Shown: piece after piece, positions 1 through 12,256 of the stretch
How the letters are laid out: every line of letters starts with the position of its first letter
Numbering within the stretch: position 1 is the first letter of the stretch
Made by a program: the position numbers and the translations under genes
The notes under the pieces: model-generated
Databases searched by the model: none
Seen by the model: only the letters and a program-made list of their open reading frames with translations
Told to the model about the DNA's origin: nothing
Source: Eledone cirrhosa
Taxonomy: Eukaryota
Length of the DNA: 64,000 bases
Assembly (NCBI GenBank): GCA_964016885.1
Contig: OZ024740.1
Span: forward strand, 400,458,001 to 400,522,000
Reading direction: 5' to 3'

Positions 1-3000
1 CACTCATGCATCACCTTGTGAAATAAGCAAGGCATAGTCGGGTGTTCTATGATATCTATACATTCTCCTCCTCAACGACAATCTATATGAATTATCACGT
101 ATACCTAATTATCTGATTTCAGAAAATTGATAACGAGACGGTGATGGAGAGACCTCTCTAAAAGGACCGTTACTATTGAAAATTAGCTTGAATTAAGATT
201 AAATGGAGAAGTAGAAAGGAAAGAATAGAGGAGTTTAGAGGAAAATGTACAGAAAGGAAAATGTAAAGAGACAGAGATAAAATTAATTATGTCTTCATGA
301 ATGATAAGAAGATATAAACGCAGATTTACAAATTGATACAGAGAGAGAAAGTGAGACAAAAATAGGTAAATGAATAGGCAGATAGATAGATAAGAAAATA
401 AGTTGACGGATTCATAGATTAATAGCTTAACGGAATAGTAGAAAATACTTAACACATAGAAAAACAGAAACTGAAGAAAGAGGAAAAGAAATAATTGGTG
501 AACGATATGTTGTGAGTGTGTTAGCCTTTTCTATAGAGGAATATTATTAAGAAATTTAATAGATATATAAACGGACAACAAAATGGCCAAAATATGAAGC
601 AAGCGTGAAATTTAGGCGGAGATGGCGGAATAAGATTAAAACCAAGTGTGATGTTGAGAGGGAAGTGGTGTGGGGTAAATTAAGACAATAACTGGGAATA
701 AAATGCAGTGTGAAAAACGAAGAAGAAAAGAAGAAAAAGGTAATTATGGAGACAAAACTACAATGACGATGACAATGAAGAAGAAAAGCTGAAAGAAAGG
801 ATGAAATAATAAAGAAGAAAAATGGATAAAACAAATAATGATGACGGGGATGTTGAAGGTGATGATGATGCACAAAGGCAGAAATGAACTTTATATTATA
901 AATGAAAGACAAATAACAACACATGAGCTTATAGTTTGAAGTGGGTTGATTAAAAAACCCTCCCACAAAAATTCAAAAGAAACATAAATAATTCAAATAA
1001 ATGCAAACATATAAAATGAGGTATAGAAACGAATCAAATGTAATTTTCTAACACACTATTTTCCATACAATTCGTCTTCATAGAGTGACCAGAACTACAT
1101 TAAAACAAATTATTTAAACTACTTTAGCGGAAGGAAATGTAACATTATCACATTCACAGAAGTTAGTAATCTTCGCATTTATACTGCTCACATTTTAACT
1201 AGAAATTGAAATTAACCTGAAACTTTGCACCGTGCATTGGTGTTTTTTTATCAATGATTTTAAAATATATAGAATATTACTGAATACATGAAAACTAGCA
1301 TGGAAAATTTGATTTAAACAATAAAGTGAAGACGTAAATCCCATCCATACCATCTGGGACAACAGTGTTTTGTTACATTTGCAATGTGTCAGTCTTAGAT
1401 GTTTCGAAACACATAGTGAGCAATGAATAGCCGGAAATACAACTGATTTAGATTCTTGATTCAGAAAACAGCTGCTCACGACAGCATAGCATATACCAAT
1501 CATTTATAAAGGCGTTCTTGTCTTCATTTAGAAAATCTTACTAATTAATTCATTGATCGTCTGTGAATTTTAAAGAACACATTCAGAAGTCAATTTCATG
1601 GTGTATTCCTTACGGTGATGTCTCTCTCTAACAATAACCAGCTACGCTTGAGCTTGCTCATCAAATACACGAAGAAAATGCACCAAAGGTTGAATCCACC
1701 CACATATGTGGCCAGCTAAATCCTCCCAAAGTAGACTTCCCAGCGTTAATAAGACAAAAAATAGTTTGAGAAATGTTGTGTCTGGAAACTTGAAATATAC
1801 AACACTTTAATGCTTTTGATTTATAACTTAATCAGGGATCACATGGAGGGAAACAACAGTAACTATGAATTAATCTAAACAGCTTAATCAGTAAAATATT
1901 TTTGAATTTCTAATGGGATGGGTCGATACGTGTATTTTAGTTTTCAGGGAAAAATAAAAACTAAAGATACAGGGTCCTTAGTGGGAAAAGAAATTTAGAA
2001 ATTCCCGTATTAGTTCACCACAAACTTTATTTTCTGCTTAGAAATTCAGATAGCATAAACTTTCCGGTACAGACATTGTGTGAAATATTTTGACGATTTT
2101 CACTAATTAAAATTGCATTAAAGAAGTTACACGATAGGTGATTTCATATCGTCAACCCACTTATCAGAAATTTGTCTTATTCAGTTGGCAGATAATATAT
2201 CAAGTTTTTACGATTTCCGCGATTTCCTCCTATCCCAGCCTCTATATATCTTTCTTCTTCACACTTTCGTCATCACTCTTTATTTCTCTGTTTCTCCAGC
2301 TCTCTGCAACATAAACACAATGGCAAAGACACATATATGTGCATATATGGTCATATATCTTGATTTTGCTTCTTGCTTTTTTATCTTGCTATCATCGTTG
2401 TTATCATTGTCATATGTGTTTTGGTTTATTTTTTTTATTTCTTAAAATTTGCTGTGTCGTTGTCGTTGACAATGAGGATCATTGCTTGCTTTGTATACTT
2501 TTATTGTTTTAGTTCTTCTTTTTAATTTTTCTTCTTTTTATCTTTCTATTTTAAACGATTTCCTTTTATATGTTGATGTATATTTGTTCATTGTTGTTTG
2601 TATCTTAATTCTTTTCTGCAAATTTAACTGGTGTTATTGCAATTAGCCTTATTGATGTTCTAACTGTTAATCTTCTTATTGTTGCAGATGTTGCTGTTGC
2701 TGTTATTTTTGACACTGTCATTGTTGCTGCAGCTTCTGCTGGTCTTGTTAATGTCCTTGTTACTGCTGTTGCTGTGGCAGTTGCACATGTGTATGTGTAG
2801 ACGGATGAAAGCTCAAGGAGTTGGACAGATTGAAAAGAACGCCAGCCGTAGTTGACGTCGGCAATAAATATGACCCAATCAGTAAATATGGTGACTGCAA
2901 CGACATGAGATTTGTAAAAGTGGCGCTAGCTGTACTATAACGAGTTGTCGGTCATGTCTAAAGACAAAGACACTTCTGACGGTTGATGGATGGCTATGAG

Positions 3001-3412
3001 CAAGGCCTATCACGTGGGTGAATATGAGTTGACGGCAATGACAACATCAGTAAAAAGGATGAAAACCTCTGTTATATCAAGTCAACCGCCGATGAAAGAG
3101 ATAACAACAGCGTAAACGCTAGAAATAATAACAGAAACAACAGTATGATCAAGAAATATTTCAATGGTGCAGAGAACGATATAATTTGACAAAGAAACGC
3201 AGGAATATTCGTCATTGACTGGGCAATTCAATCACTGCACACATATTATCGTTAATTGTATTAGTGCTATCGGTGGAAGGGTGAATGTGTATCAATATCG
3301 GTGATGAATTCATACGCTACTGGACTATGAATCATTAGACAGGAACGTCGGGAAGGATTCTATGAATATATATATATATATGATATATATAGTCTTGTCC
3401 AATAACACCACA

Positions 3413-3414
<2 letters not shown>

Positions 3415-3493
<79 letters not shown>

Positions 3494-3555
3494 CTCTCTC
3501 TAGCTATATATGTATCCATCTATCCATTCATCTATCTATCTATCCATCCATCTAT
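3415..3555. repeat. (ATCT)n/(ATCC)n microsatellite
   Basis: Direct tandem tetranucleotide repeats; explains the spurious IYLS ORF. Confidence 0.95.
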
Positions 3556-3689
3556 CATTAACATCTCTCACTCTGTCTCTCAAACTTCAACCCCAAATAT
3601 ATGGTTGTTTAAACAACTATTTTATGATAAACGAGGCACCAAATACTATGAAGATACAGATAAATACTAATTTCAGCTGAATCACGCTG

Positions 3690-4190
3690 ACACTTGATAA
3701 ACACCCAGACCTTTATAGAAATAATTGATAGGCACTTTTTGATTAGCTATACCTACCAGAAACTTTTTAAGAAATATAATCTAAAAGTTAGCTATAATTC
3801 TGCTTCTAACATGAAAAGTATAATTGTGCATATGTTTACAGCGAGGTTTGTTGCTTCTACAGGAAGTGAATTGTGCTATTGTTTATGAGGCAGAAGGTAT
3901 ATTGACAAAGACGGACGGCACCACTAGCCTAAAAGGCTAGTGGTGCCGTCCGTCTTTGGTATAATGGAAGATAAATCAAGGTGAGGTCTAAAAAACAGAC
4001 TTCCTTCTTCAGCTAGATGTATAAACACAAATCAACGAGATTCTTAATATAAGCCTGCAATATAAAAGAAAGGAAGATTGTTGTCCTGTTAGCTAAAAAG
4101 ATACTAATTCTCACCAGCTCAACAATACGCCGCCCTAGCTTAAACGTAAAATGTCAAGAACACAACATCAGGCACTTCTCTGAAACGCGT
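3690..4190 (+). pseudogene. Decayed Penelope-like element remnant (RT C-terminal linker, possible GIY-YIG region)
   Basis: Translation FIEIIDRHF...QKLFKKYNLKVSYNSASNMKSII resembles the PLE linker motif (recalled as IDKHF...[22 protein letters not shown]); downstream sequence is heavily decayed. Confidence 0.5.
3906..3958. repeat. Perfect 25-bp inverted repeat (hairpin) with AAA loop
   Basis: caaagacggacggcaccactagcct (3906-3930), aaa, aggctagtggtgccgtccgtctttg (3934-3958). Confidence 0.95.
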
Positions 4191-4592
4191 GAAATGTTTT
4201 AGTTACAGCTACGATCAAAGCAGCATTGCATTCGGCGGCATCATAGCGGATGGTGGTGCAACAGTACTTCAAATAAATAATTTCTCTTCACGTGTTTCTT
4301 ATTCTTTTAAAATCTTGGTTTTAATTATTCCAACAACATTTATGACACATTGGTTTTTGTACTGCCACAACCTTGGATTTCTTTAGTTATTTTAATTATT
4401 CAAACATAATCAGAAATAATGAGGCACACAACGAAAAGCAACAACTTCGATGATCAGAACAATAAAAGACAAATAAACTGCGCTAAATAATATAAAGCCG
4501 TTGAAAAGGCTTGGTTTTTACTTAACCTAAATGTCACCTTTAGTAACGGATACATTTGACACATGCATTCTAAATTAGTACTTAATTTATTA

Positions 4593-4839
<247 letters not shown>

Positions 4840-5049
4840 GTGCGTAAGAAGCTTTATGTTTGCTACTTTACTTCATCCCACTGTTCGTGCAGCATTTCTT
4901 TTAGACTTCTTTAATTGTATTTAATTACAAATATTTTTTTCTGTAATACAAAGAGAGAAAATAATGAATACAGCAGAAACATCAGCAATACCAACATTAA
5001 CAAGATTAGCAACATAATCAACCCACATATCAACAAGGAAAATAAAATT

Positions 5050-5830
5050 TGTTAATATTCTAACGGATTAATATATAACACTTTTGACGTTCATCTAGTA
5101 ACTAACATTCATTCGCCCAATTAGAAGTTCTATTTAAAAGCTAATTGATTCAGTTAATTTGTTTCTGTAGTCGCAATGACTCACACAAATTTCTTGATTA
5201 CTATTAACTTCCAGCGACGTTCGGCATTCATTCATGTCGTGTCCATATGTGTTTGGTATAATAGTTATTGAATAGGTTTAAATAAGACTACGCCACAAGG
5301 GCTTTATCGTACTCGGATTTCAGCAACACACTTGTTTCTAAAGTATTTTCACTGTTTATCTCAGTGAACTATAGACTTATTTAGAAGTGTGTACTCGATT
5401 TTGATTGGCTATTGCGGTATTTGAGTTTCTTCTGCGGACAATGTACCACTGGGGATGTTATATAAAGTAGCGAAAGGTCGTCTCGTCTTCCTATAAGTTT
5501 AATTAACTCTCTATATCGTTGATAAATATTTGTCTAGTTTAACGAAATAGTAAATACATTTTCGGGACGAGTTATTGTTGTTTGGTATAGAATTTCACAG
5601 AAAGTTTGATACATTTTCAGTAGCATTCCCCAGCCAACAACGGTCGAACTTAGATGCTCGAGTCCAATTAAATCAATTTGTAGCTTATGAAATTTGATAT
5701 CAAAACAGCCCGACAATAAAGGCCTGGATTGGGGTTTCAAGCGTTTACCTCCAGTCATTAATTTACGTATAGAATTAATGAGACACTTGCTGTTGGCTAT
5801 CTCCTCAGAAGACATTGCTTATCCGACAGA
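5050..5830 (-). pseudogene. Possible highly decayed PLE reverse transcriptase remnant
   Basis: Minus-strand KRLKPQSRPLLSGC...KLQIDLI resembles the PLE RT K..P.RPIISG motif; many stops. Confidence 0.3.
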
Positions 5831-5855
5831 ACTAGAATTACAACAGTTAACATGT

Positions 5856-6022
5856 GAAGGTGCGTGGCTGAGTGGTTAGGGAATTCGATTCCTGGACCGG
5901 TTGACACATTGTGTTCTTCAGCATGACGTTATATTTCACGTTGCTCCTTCTGCCTGGAGTTGCGACCGGTAGATAGTATCAGCAATGACCAATGGAAACA
6001 TTGTTTCCTTGGTCCGAACTGA
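5856..6022 (+). mobile_element. tRNA-derived CORE-type SINE (diverged)
   Basis: A-box-like gtggctgagtggttag, B-box-like ttcgattcc, CORE-like gtgttcttcagcatgacgttatatttcacgttgctcc; homologous to 30090-30282. Confidence 0.65.
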
Positions 6023-6986
6023 AGAGTTCCAACTCACTCTGTAAGCGAATGAGATCTGGCATCTTGTCTTTTCGGATAATCAACATGTTTTGCAAGATTT
6101 TATGGCATAATTAGCCGGTTCTTCAGAGTATCAGCGGAAATACCTTGTGATATTTCTTTCGATTCTAAGTTCAAATCCCTCCGAGGAAACTTTCTCTTTC
6201 ATCCATGCGGATCGATAAAATAAAGTACCTGTTCATAGCAAGGGTTGCCGGATTTTCTTGGAGCATCGAAAAAGAGATACATTATTGTGTTTATCTTGAC
6301 TCTTTGCCTAAGGAGACACATTCTACTATAGGCCAGGGATAATCCAGGGACCATCTCATAACATTTAACTAGAAAATCTGCAATGGGTGGATGAGAAACG
6401 TGATCGTCTGTTTAACCATGTCGGAAGAGGATAATGATAAAGATGATCAATATACCATTTAAAAAATCATTTGTTATTATCTCCAGCGAATTTGAATGAC
6501 CAGGTGGCTGTTTTAAACAATCATATTGGATAGATTGCTTTAAAGTTTTATACGTATAGAGAAATAGTTCCTAATCCCCAACCATTTAATCCATTTTATG
6601 ATTAGGATTTTCCCCATGAAGAAATGCTCAATTTTATGAGACAGAAGAAACTAACCTATACGAAGTTCATGATTTCTCTTTGATAGAGAATATGAACTGA
6701 TTCTAATTATGATCTGATACAACCCAGTTATTGTTCACCTGCAACTTTACAGCTAATCAGTAAAATTGAATTATATCAAATCGGTAAATGCGTGGCAATT
6801 ATAACTTAAACACTTAGGTTTTATTAACCTTGGGTTTCATTGTGATTAGTAAAAACAATTAGAAATAGGTTGAATTACTTGGTTCTATAATTAGAAAGTT
6901 TTAATCCGTAATTTAATGTAAATTTTACTTTTATTGAATAATTGTATGTTATTTCTCGATGAAATTCCTGTTATGATAATAAAATT

Positions 6987-7188
6987 AATAATAATAATAA
7001 TTGTTTCTACTATTGGCACAAGGCCAGCAATTACCCAGTGTATTACTGGTACTTTATTTTATCGACCCCATAAGGATGGAAGGCAAAGTTAACCTCGGCG
7101 GGATTTGAACTCAGAATGGCAAGGGCCGTAACTCCATGCGCCAAAGCATGGCGTCCGACCCTCTACCGATACTGCCAATTCACTGCCC
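6987..7188 (-). mobile_element. tRNA-derived SINE, main family (short-tail form), full length
   Basis: Reverse complement has A-box (tggcagtatcggtaga), B-box (gagttcaaatccc), central domain gccgaggttaactttgccttccatccttatggggtcgataaaataaagtaccagt and (ATT)n tail; about 25 homologues in the window. Confidence 0.92.
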
Positions 7189-7189
7189 A

Positions 7190-7815
7190 AAAGGCCAGCA
7201 CCAGCCTACAGGCACATACTCAGAGTAAACCCATTCATACGGGTTATTTTTTTAATATTCACTCACCTTTTAGCAAATGTGCTAGGGAGGCAGCACTTCT
7301 CTTCCGGCCTCGCGTTTCTTTCCAAGTGAAACTTGAAAAAGTTGATGAGGGATTAGCCAAAGTGAAAAGTGTGTGTCTTCAGTCCTTTCAACCCATTCCA
7401 CTCTTCGCTACCGTCACGAGACTGAGGAAAATTGGCTGCCTTGTCTGATCAAAAGAAGGCGGTGGGCCGATCTTTACTATGGACTCGGTCGATAGCCGGA
7501 TCCGTCCTACACGCGAGAAAATCTGTTCGTCATAACTCCACAAGTCAATAATACACTGACACTGGACAAGTGCCTGCAGAACGGTATCGTCGCTCTGCGT
7601 GCATCTCGGGCAGGTCCACCAGACAGCCCTTCCCTGCATCTAGAGTTTAACTCGAACCGGCGGTGGCCCTTTACCCGGTAGCACTGCCAAGCGAGGGGTT
7701 TCTGGAAGTCATCCATAGTCCCCGTCTCGAAAGTCTTCCGGGACAGGCTGGTTAGATCGATTTCGTCGACGCCCAGAGACTCCCCGAGAGTGTCGTCGCT
7801 CTTGCCCACCACTAA
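7190..7815 (-). mobile_element. Tx1/L1-type LINE ORF2 C-terminal fragment
   Basis: Translations MDDFQKPLAWQCYR, CPRCTQSDDTVLQALVQC and GRIRLSTESIV match the C-terminus of the element at 58730-59340. Confidence 0.9.
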
Positions 7816-7909
7816 CTCAGACTAAACCAGAGCCCGAGCATCTTGACCAATCAGATGCTCCGGCGTCCGGCGTCGCTGCTGAACGGCATAGATTTACCTC
7901 TCAAGGCAC

Positions 7910-7998
7910 CTGGATTTATGTCGAACCGATGTTGTTGCGTGTAGGACGGATCCGGCTATTGTCCAAGTCCATAGTGAAGATGGCCCCACCATCTTCTT
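7910..7998 (+). mobile_element. Short plus-strand Tx1 ORF2 fragment, inverted relative to 7455-7545
   Basis: tggatttatgtcgaac...taggacggatccggctat...agtccatagtgaagat matches 58990-59080. Confidence 0.75.
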
Positions 7999-8224
7999 AT
8001 GGCAGCTCCCTTGGATGTCGGTCCGTTTAGGCACAGAACTGTACAAAAACTTCAAATAAAGTTTCAGAAACAAAACTCACAGAACAAACACCCCGTTGTG
8101 CAAAGTTCAGAAATCAATAATTATAGTTTCTGATTTAGGCTCAAGGCCAACAATTTTGAGGGAGGTGAGTGTCGATTAAATCAACCACATTGTGTTACTA
8201 TTGTGTAGTTGAATGATATAGATG

Positions 8225-10110
8225 GTGTATATATCTAGACTGTGTATATATCTAGACTGTTGTATATATCTAGACTGATGTATATATCTAGACTGTGTAT
8301 ATATCTAGACTGTTGTATATATCTAGACTGTGTATATATCTAGACTGTTGTATATATCTAGACTGTGTATATATCTAGACTGATGTATATATCTAGACTG
8401 TGTATATATCTAGACTGATGTATATATCTAGACTGTGTATATATCTAGACTGTTGTATATATCTAGACTGTGTATATATCTAGACTGATGTATATATCTA
8501 GAGTGATGTATATATCTAGACTGTTGTATATATCTAGACTGTGTATATATCTAGACTGTTGTATATATCTAGACTGTGTATATATCTAGACTGTTGTATA
8601 TATCTAGACTGATGTATATATCTAGACTGTGTATATATCTAGACTGTTGTATATATCTAGACTGTGTATATATCTAGACTGATGTATATATCTAGAGTGA
8701 TGTATATATCTAGACTGTTGTATATATCTAGACTGTGTATATATCTAGACTGTTGTATATATCTAGACTGTGTATATATCTAGACTGTTGTATATATCTA
8801 GACTGATGTATATATCTAGACTGATGTATATATCTAGACTGTGTATATATCTAGACTGTTGTATATATCTAGACTGTGTATATATCTAGACTGTGTATAT
8901 ATCTAGACTGTTGTATATATCTAGACTGATGTATATATCTAGAGTGATGTATATATCTAGACTGTTGTATATATCTAGACTGTGTATATATCTAGACTGT
9001 TGTATATATCTAGACTGTGTATATATCTAGACTGTTGTATATATCTAGACTGATGTATATATCTAGACTGTTGTATATATCGAGACTGTTGTATATATCT
9101 AGACTGATGTATATATCTAGACTGATGTATATATCTAGACTGATGTATATATCTAGACTGTTGTATATATCTAGACTGTGTATATATCTAGACTGTTGTA
9201 TATATCTAGACTGTGTATATATCTAGACTGTGTATATATCTAGACTGTTGTATATATCTAGACTGATGTATATATCTAGAGTGATGTATATATATAGACT
9301 GTTGTATATATCTAGACTGTGTATATATCTAGACTGTTGTATATATCTAGACTGTTGTATATATCTAGACTGTTGTATATATCTAGAGTGATGTATATAT
9401 CTAGACTGATGTATATATCTAGACTGATGTATATATCTAGACTGTTGTATATATCTAGACTGATGTATATATCTAGACTGTTGTATATATCTAGACTGTT
9501 GTATATATCTAGACTGATGTATATATCTAGACTGTTGTATATATCTAGACTAGATATGTATATATCTAGTCTGATGTATATATCTAGACTGATGTATATA
9601 TCTAGACTATTGTATATATCAAGACTGTTGTATATATCTAGACTGTTGTATATATCTAGACTGATGTATATATCTAGACTGATGTATATATCTAGACTAT
9701 TGTATATATCAAGACTGTTGTATATATCTAGACTGATGTATATATCTAGACTATTGTATATATCAAGACTGTTGTATATATCTAGACTGATGTATATATC
9801 TAGACTGTTGTATATATCTAGACTAGATATGTATATATCTAGACTGATGTATATATCTAGACTGATGTATATATCTAGACTGTTGTATATATCTAGACTG
9901 TTGTATATATCTAGACTGTTGTATATATCTAGACTAGATATGTATATATCTAGACTGATGTATATATCTAGACTGATAGGTATATATCTAGACTGTTGTA
10001 TATATATCTAGACTTATATGTATATATATCTAGACTGATGTGTATATATCTAGACTGATGTATATATCTAGACTATTGTGTATATCTAGACTGATGTGTA
10101 TATCTAGACG
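8225..10110. repeat. Minisatellite, 17-18 bp unit TG(T/TT/AT)GTATATATCTAGAC, about 100 copies
   Basis: Uninterrupted tandem array with variant units of 17, 18 and 21 bp. Confidence 0.97.
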
Positions 10111-10369
10111 AGATATGATATTGAGTAGTCTAACTGATGATGCTGAACATTGAGAAATGATGTTCCATCCTCGAGCACAAATTCTTGGCCCATCGAGGAT
10201 TACATTGACCAAGTAGTCATTTTCTCTATTAAGACTGAACCGTATGATATGAGGGAGAATTGGCTGCTATGTCACGAGGGTGACAGTTCAACTCTCGCTA
10301 TTACACATATGCCAAAACGTGTCTCTAATGAAATTAGATATGTGAATAAAAGACGCAAAACACTCATAA

Positions 10370-10513
10370 TTATCGTTTCTTATATAGGCACAAGGCTGGC
10401 AATTTTGGGGGAGGGGAAAGTCGATAAAATCGACCCCAGTGCGTGACTGGTATTTTATTCTAACGACCTTGTAAGGATGAAAGGCAAAGTTAACCTCGGC
10501 GGGATTTGAACTC
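10370..10513 (-). mobile_element. Main SINE (long-tail form), 5'-truncated, 14-bp TSD
   Basis: TSD caaaacactcataa at 10356-10369 and 10514-10527. Confidence 0.9.
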
Positions 10514-10942
10514 CAAAACACTCATAACTAATAAAATATATTAAAGTTAACAAATAAACCAAAATAACAATTTCAAAAATACGTGTGTGAAATGTGTGTA
10601 TGTGTGTGATTTTTTGCGGTAGTATATCTGTAAGTGAGCTTATCCATAATATGTATGTTCCATACACTAAATAGAAAGCGATAAAATAAGTACTAATTTT
10701 GGAAGACAAGAACGGGGGTTAATATCGACTACAGCACATGAAAGTTGTGACGTAAAATAACCATGGTTTAATGACCGAAACTTGTAAAATAATAAAGGAA
10801 TAATTACACTTAATAATATTATAGAAGTATCAAACTCAGAGATTCAGTTAATACTGCTGAGAAAGAAATGAATAGCTGTTACTACAAATATCAAATCGAT
10901 ATTTAACTCGGGACTATATATCTCTATATATATATATATATA

Positions 10943-11293
10943 TGAAAGACGTAAATAAGAAAGTTATGAAAATTGACTTACTTACTAAAATTTCACTCCA
11001 ACTAATTAGTTTCTGTAAGGGGATAAATATGATTAACCTCAGTGTCACGTGATTGATTCTTTTGAATTTGCCACTTGACCAAGTAGGCAGTGAATTTTTC
11101 AATGTCTTGGAATCTAGTCCCCGCTCGCTTTTTTCCATCCACTGAATTATTTTTATATAAGTTCCCAGTGTCCTCGCATTGCCTGGAAGCTTAGCTGAGA
11201 ATAGACTCCCTGATGACGTAAGGCTTCTCTATGGATACGCTCCGTAACCATATTTATCCGCTTACAGAAACTAATTAGTTGGAGTGAAATTTA
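10943..11293. mobile_element. TA-flanked fold-back element (PLE pLTR-like) with hammerhead motif
   Basis: 10988-11035 is the reverse complement of about 11245-11292; ~45-nt tail on the left arm; (TA)n on the left and tatata on the right. Confidence 0.7.
11205..11285 (+). ncRNA. Type I hammerhead ribozyme-like motif
   Basis: Stem I actcc/ggagt; CTGATGA 11210-11216; stem II gtaag/cttac plus ggata/tatcc; GAAAC; palindromic loop TAATTA; GTT triplet. Confidence 0.7.
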
Positions 11294-11491
11294 TATAATT
11301 GTTCTGCATCCCCTTGCATAGAACCACAAAGTTACTAAGACAAAGCATAGGTATACATCTGTATACATATGTTGGTAGATATGTTGGTAGATATGTTGCT
11401 GGCATAGGTATACATCTGTATACATATGTTGGTAGATATACTAATTCTTTATATATATATATATATATAATTCCGACGGAATTACTTCATT

Positions 11492-11524
<33 letters not shown>

Positions 11525-11525
11525 G

Positions 11526-12192
11526 ACCACCACCAACATTGGATTCTACACCACCGGTCATCTCACAGCCATCCACTCCATAACATAAAAAATATCCAGC
11601 ACCTCTTCGCACACTCGTCGGAACTACTTCAGGAACTTACCCACGAACATACACTCACGTTTTTTTTCGCACCACGCCACGTATAAACTCAAACACAAAC
11701 GTGCGTACCCCCACATATACACACTCGACCTCCGGAATCCACACGCCCCCTCCCCAACCCCCTGATCCCTTTCCTTCCACACGCAAGCACACACCGACTT
11801 ACACCCCACCCCACGCACACACCTTTTCCTGAATATGGAATCTCGTTCTTCCTCCAACTCTCACATACACACGCACACACACTCACGTACACCTACACAA
11901 ACACCACCTTCAGCCTTTCCCGCTTCGACCCCCCCGAACTCCCCCCGCCATCCCCCTTTCCACCACTTGTTCATTTTATTGTTTATTCTTATGTTTATTT
12001 TTATTTGTATTTGTTCTCCTTCCCCCTTTTTTTCTAAATGTATTTCCACACACCCGCGAACTCTCTGCCTAACCTATTTTCTCCTGAAGAAGGGCTTATG
12101 CCCGAAACATCGTTCCCCCTCCCTACCCTCAAGAGCGTGAATCTAATAAACCTTATTTCTCTGCCTCTCTGTTTTGTTCCCGTCTAAATTTA

Positions 12193-12196
<4 letters not shown>
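11526..12196 (+). mobile_element. (TA)n-flanked PLE-like terminal fragment with partial hammerhead motif
   Basis: CTGAAGA-a-gggc-ttat-gccc-GAAAC at 12084-12108, then AATAAA and (TA)n; stem I not evident. Confidence 0.5.

Positions 12197-12256
<60 letters not shown>

Noticed and set aside
183-3300. Short ORFs in purine- or pyrimidine-biased sequence
   Set aside because: Low-complexity composition with no domain motifs or exon evidence.
8225-10110. CRISPR-like array or 230-aa repetitive protein
   Set aside because: No unique spacers and no cas genes in a eukaryotic context; the ORF arises from an 18-bp unit lacking stops in one frame.
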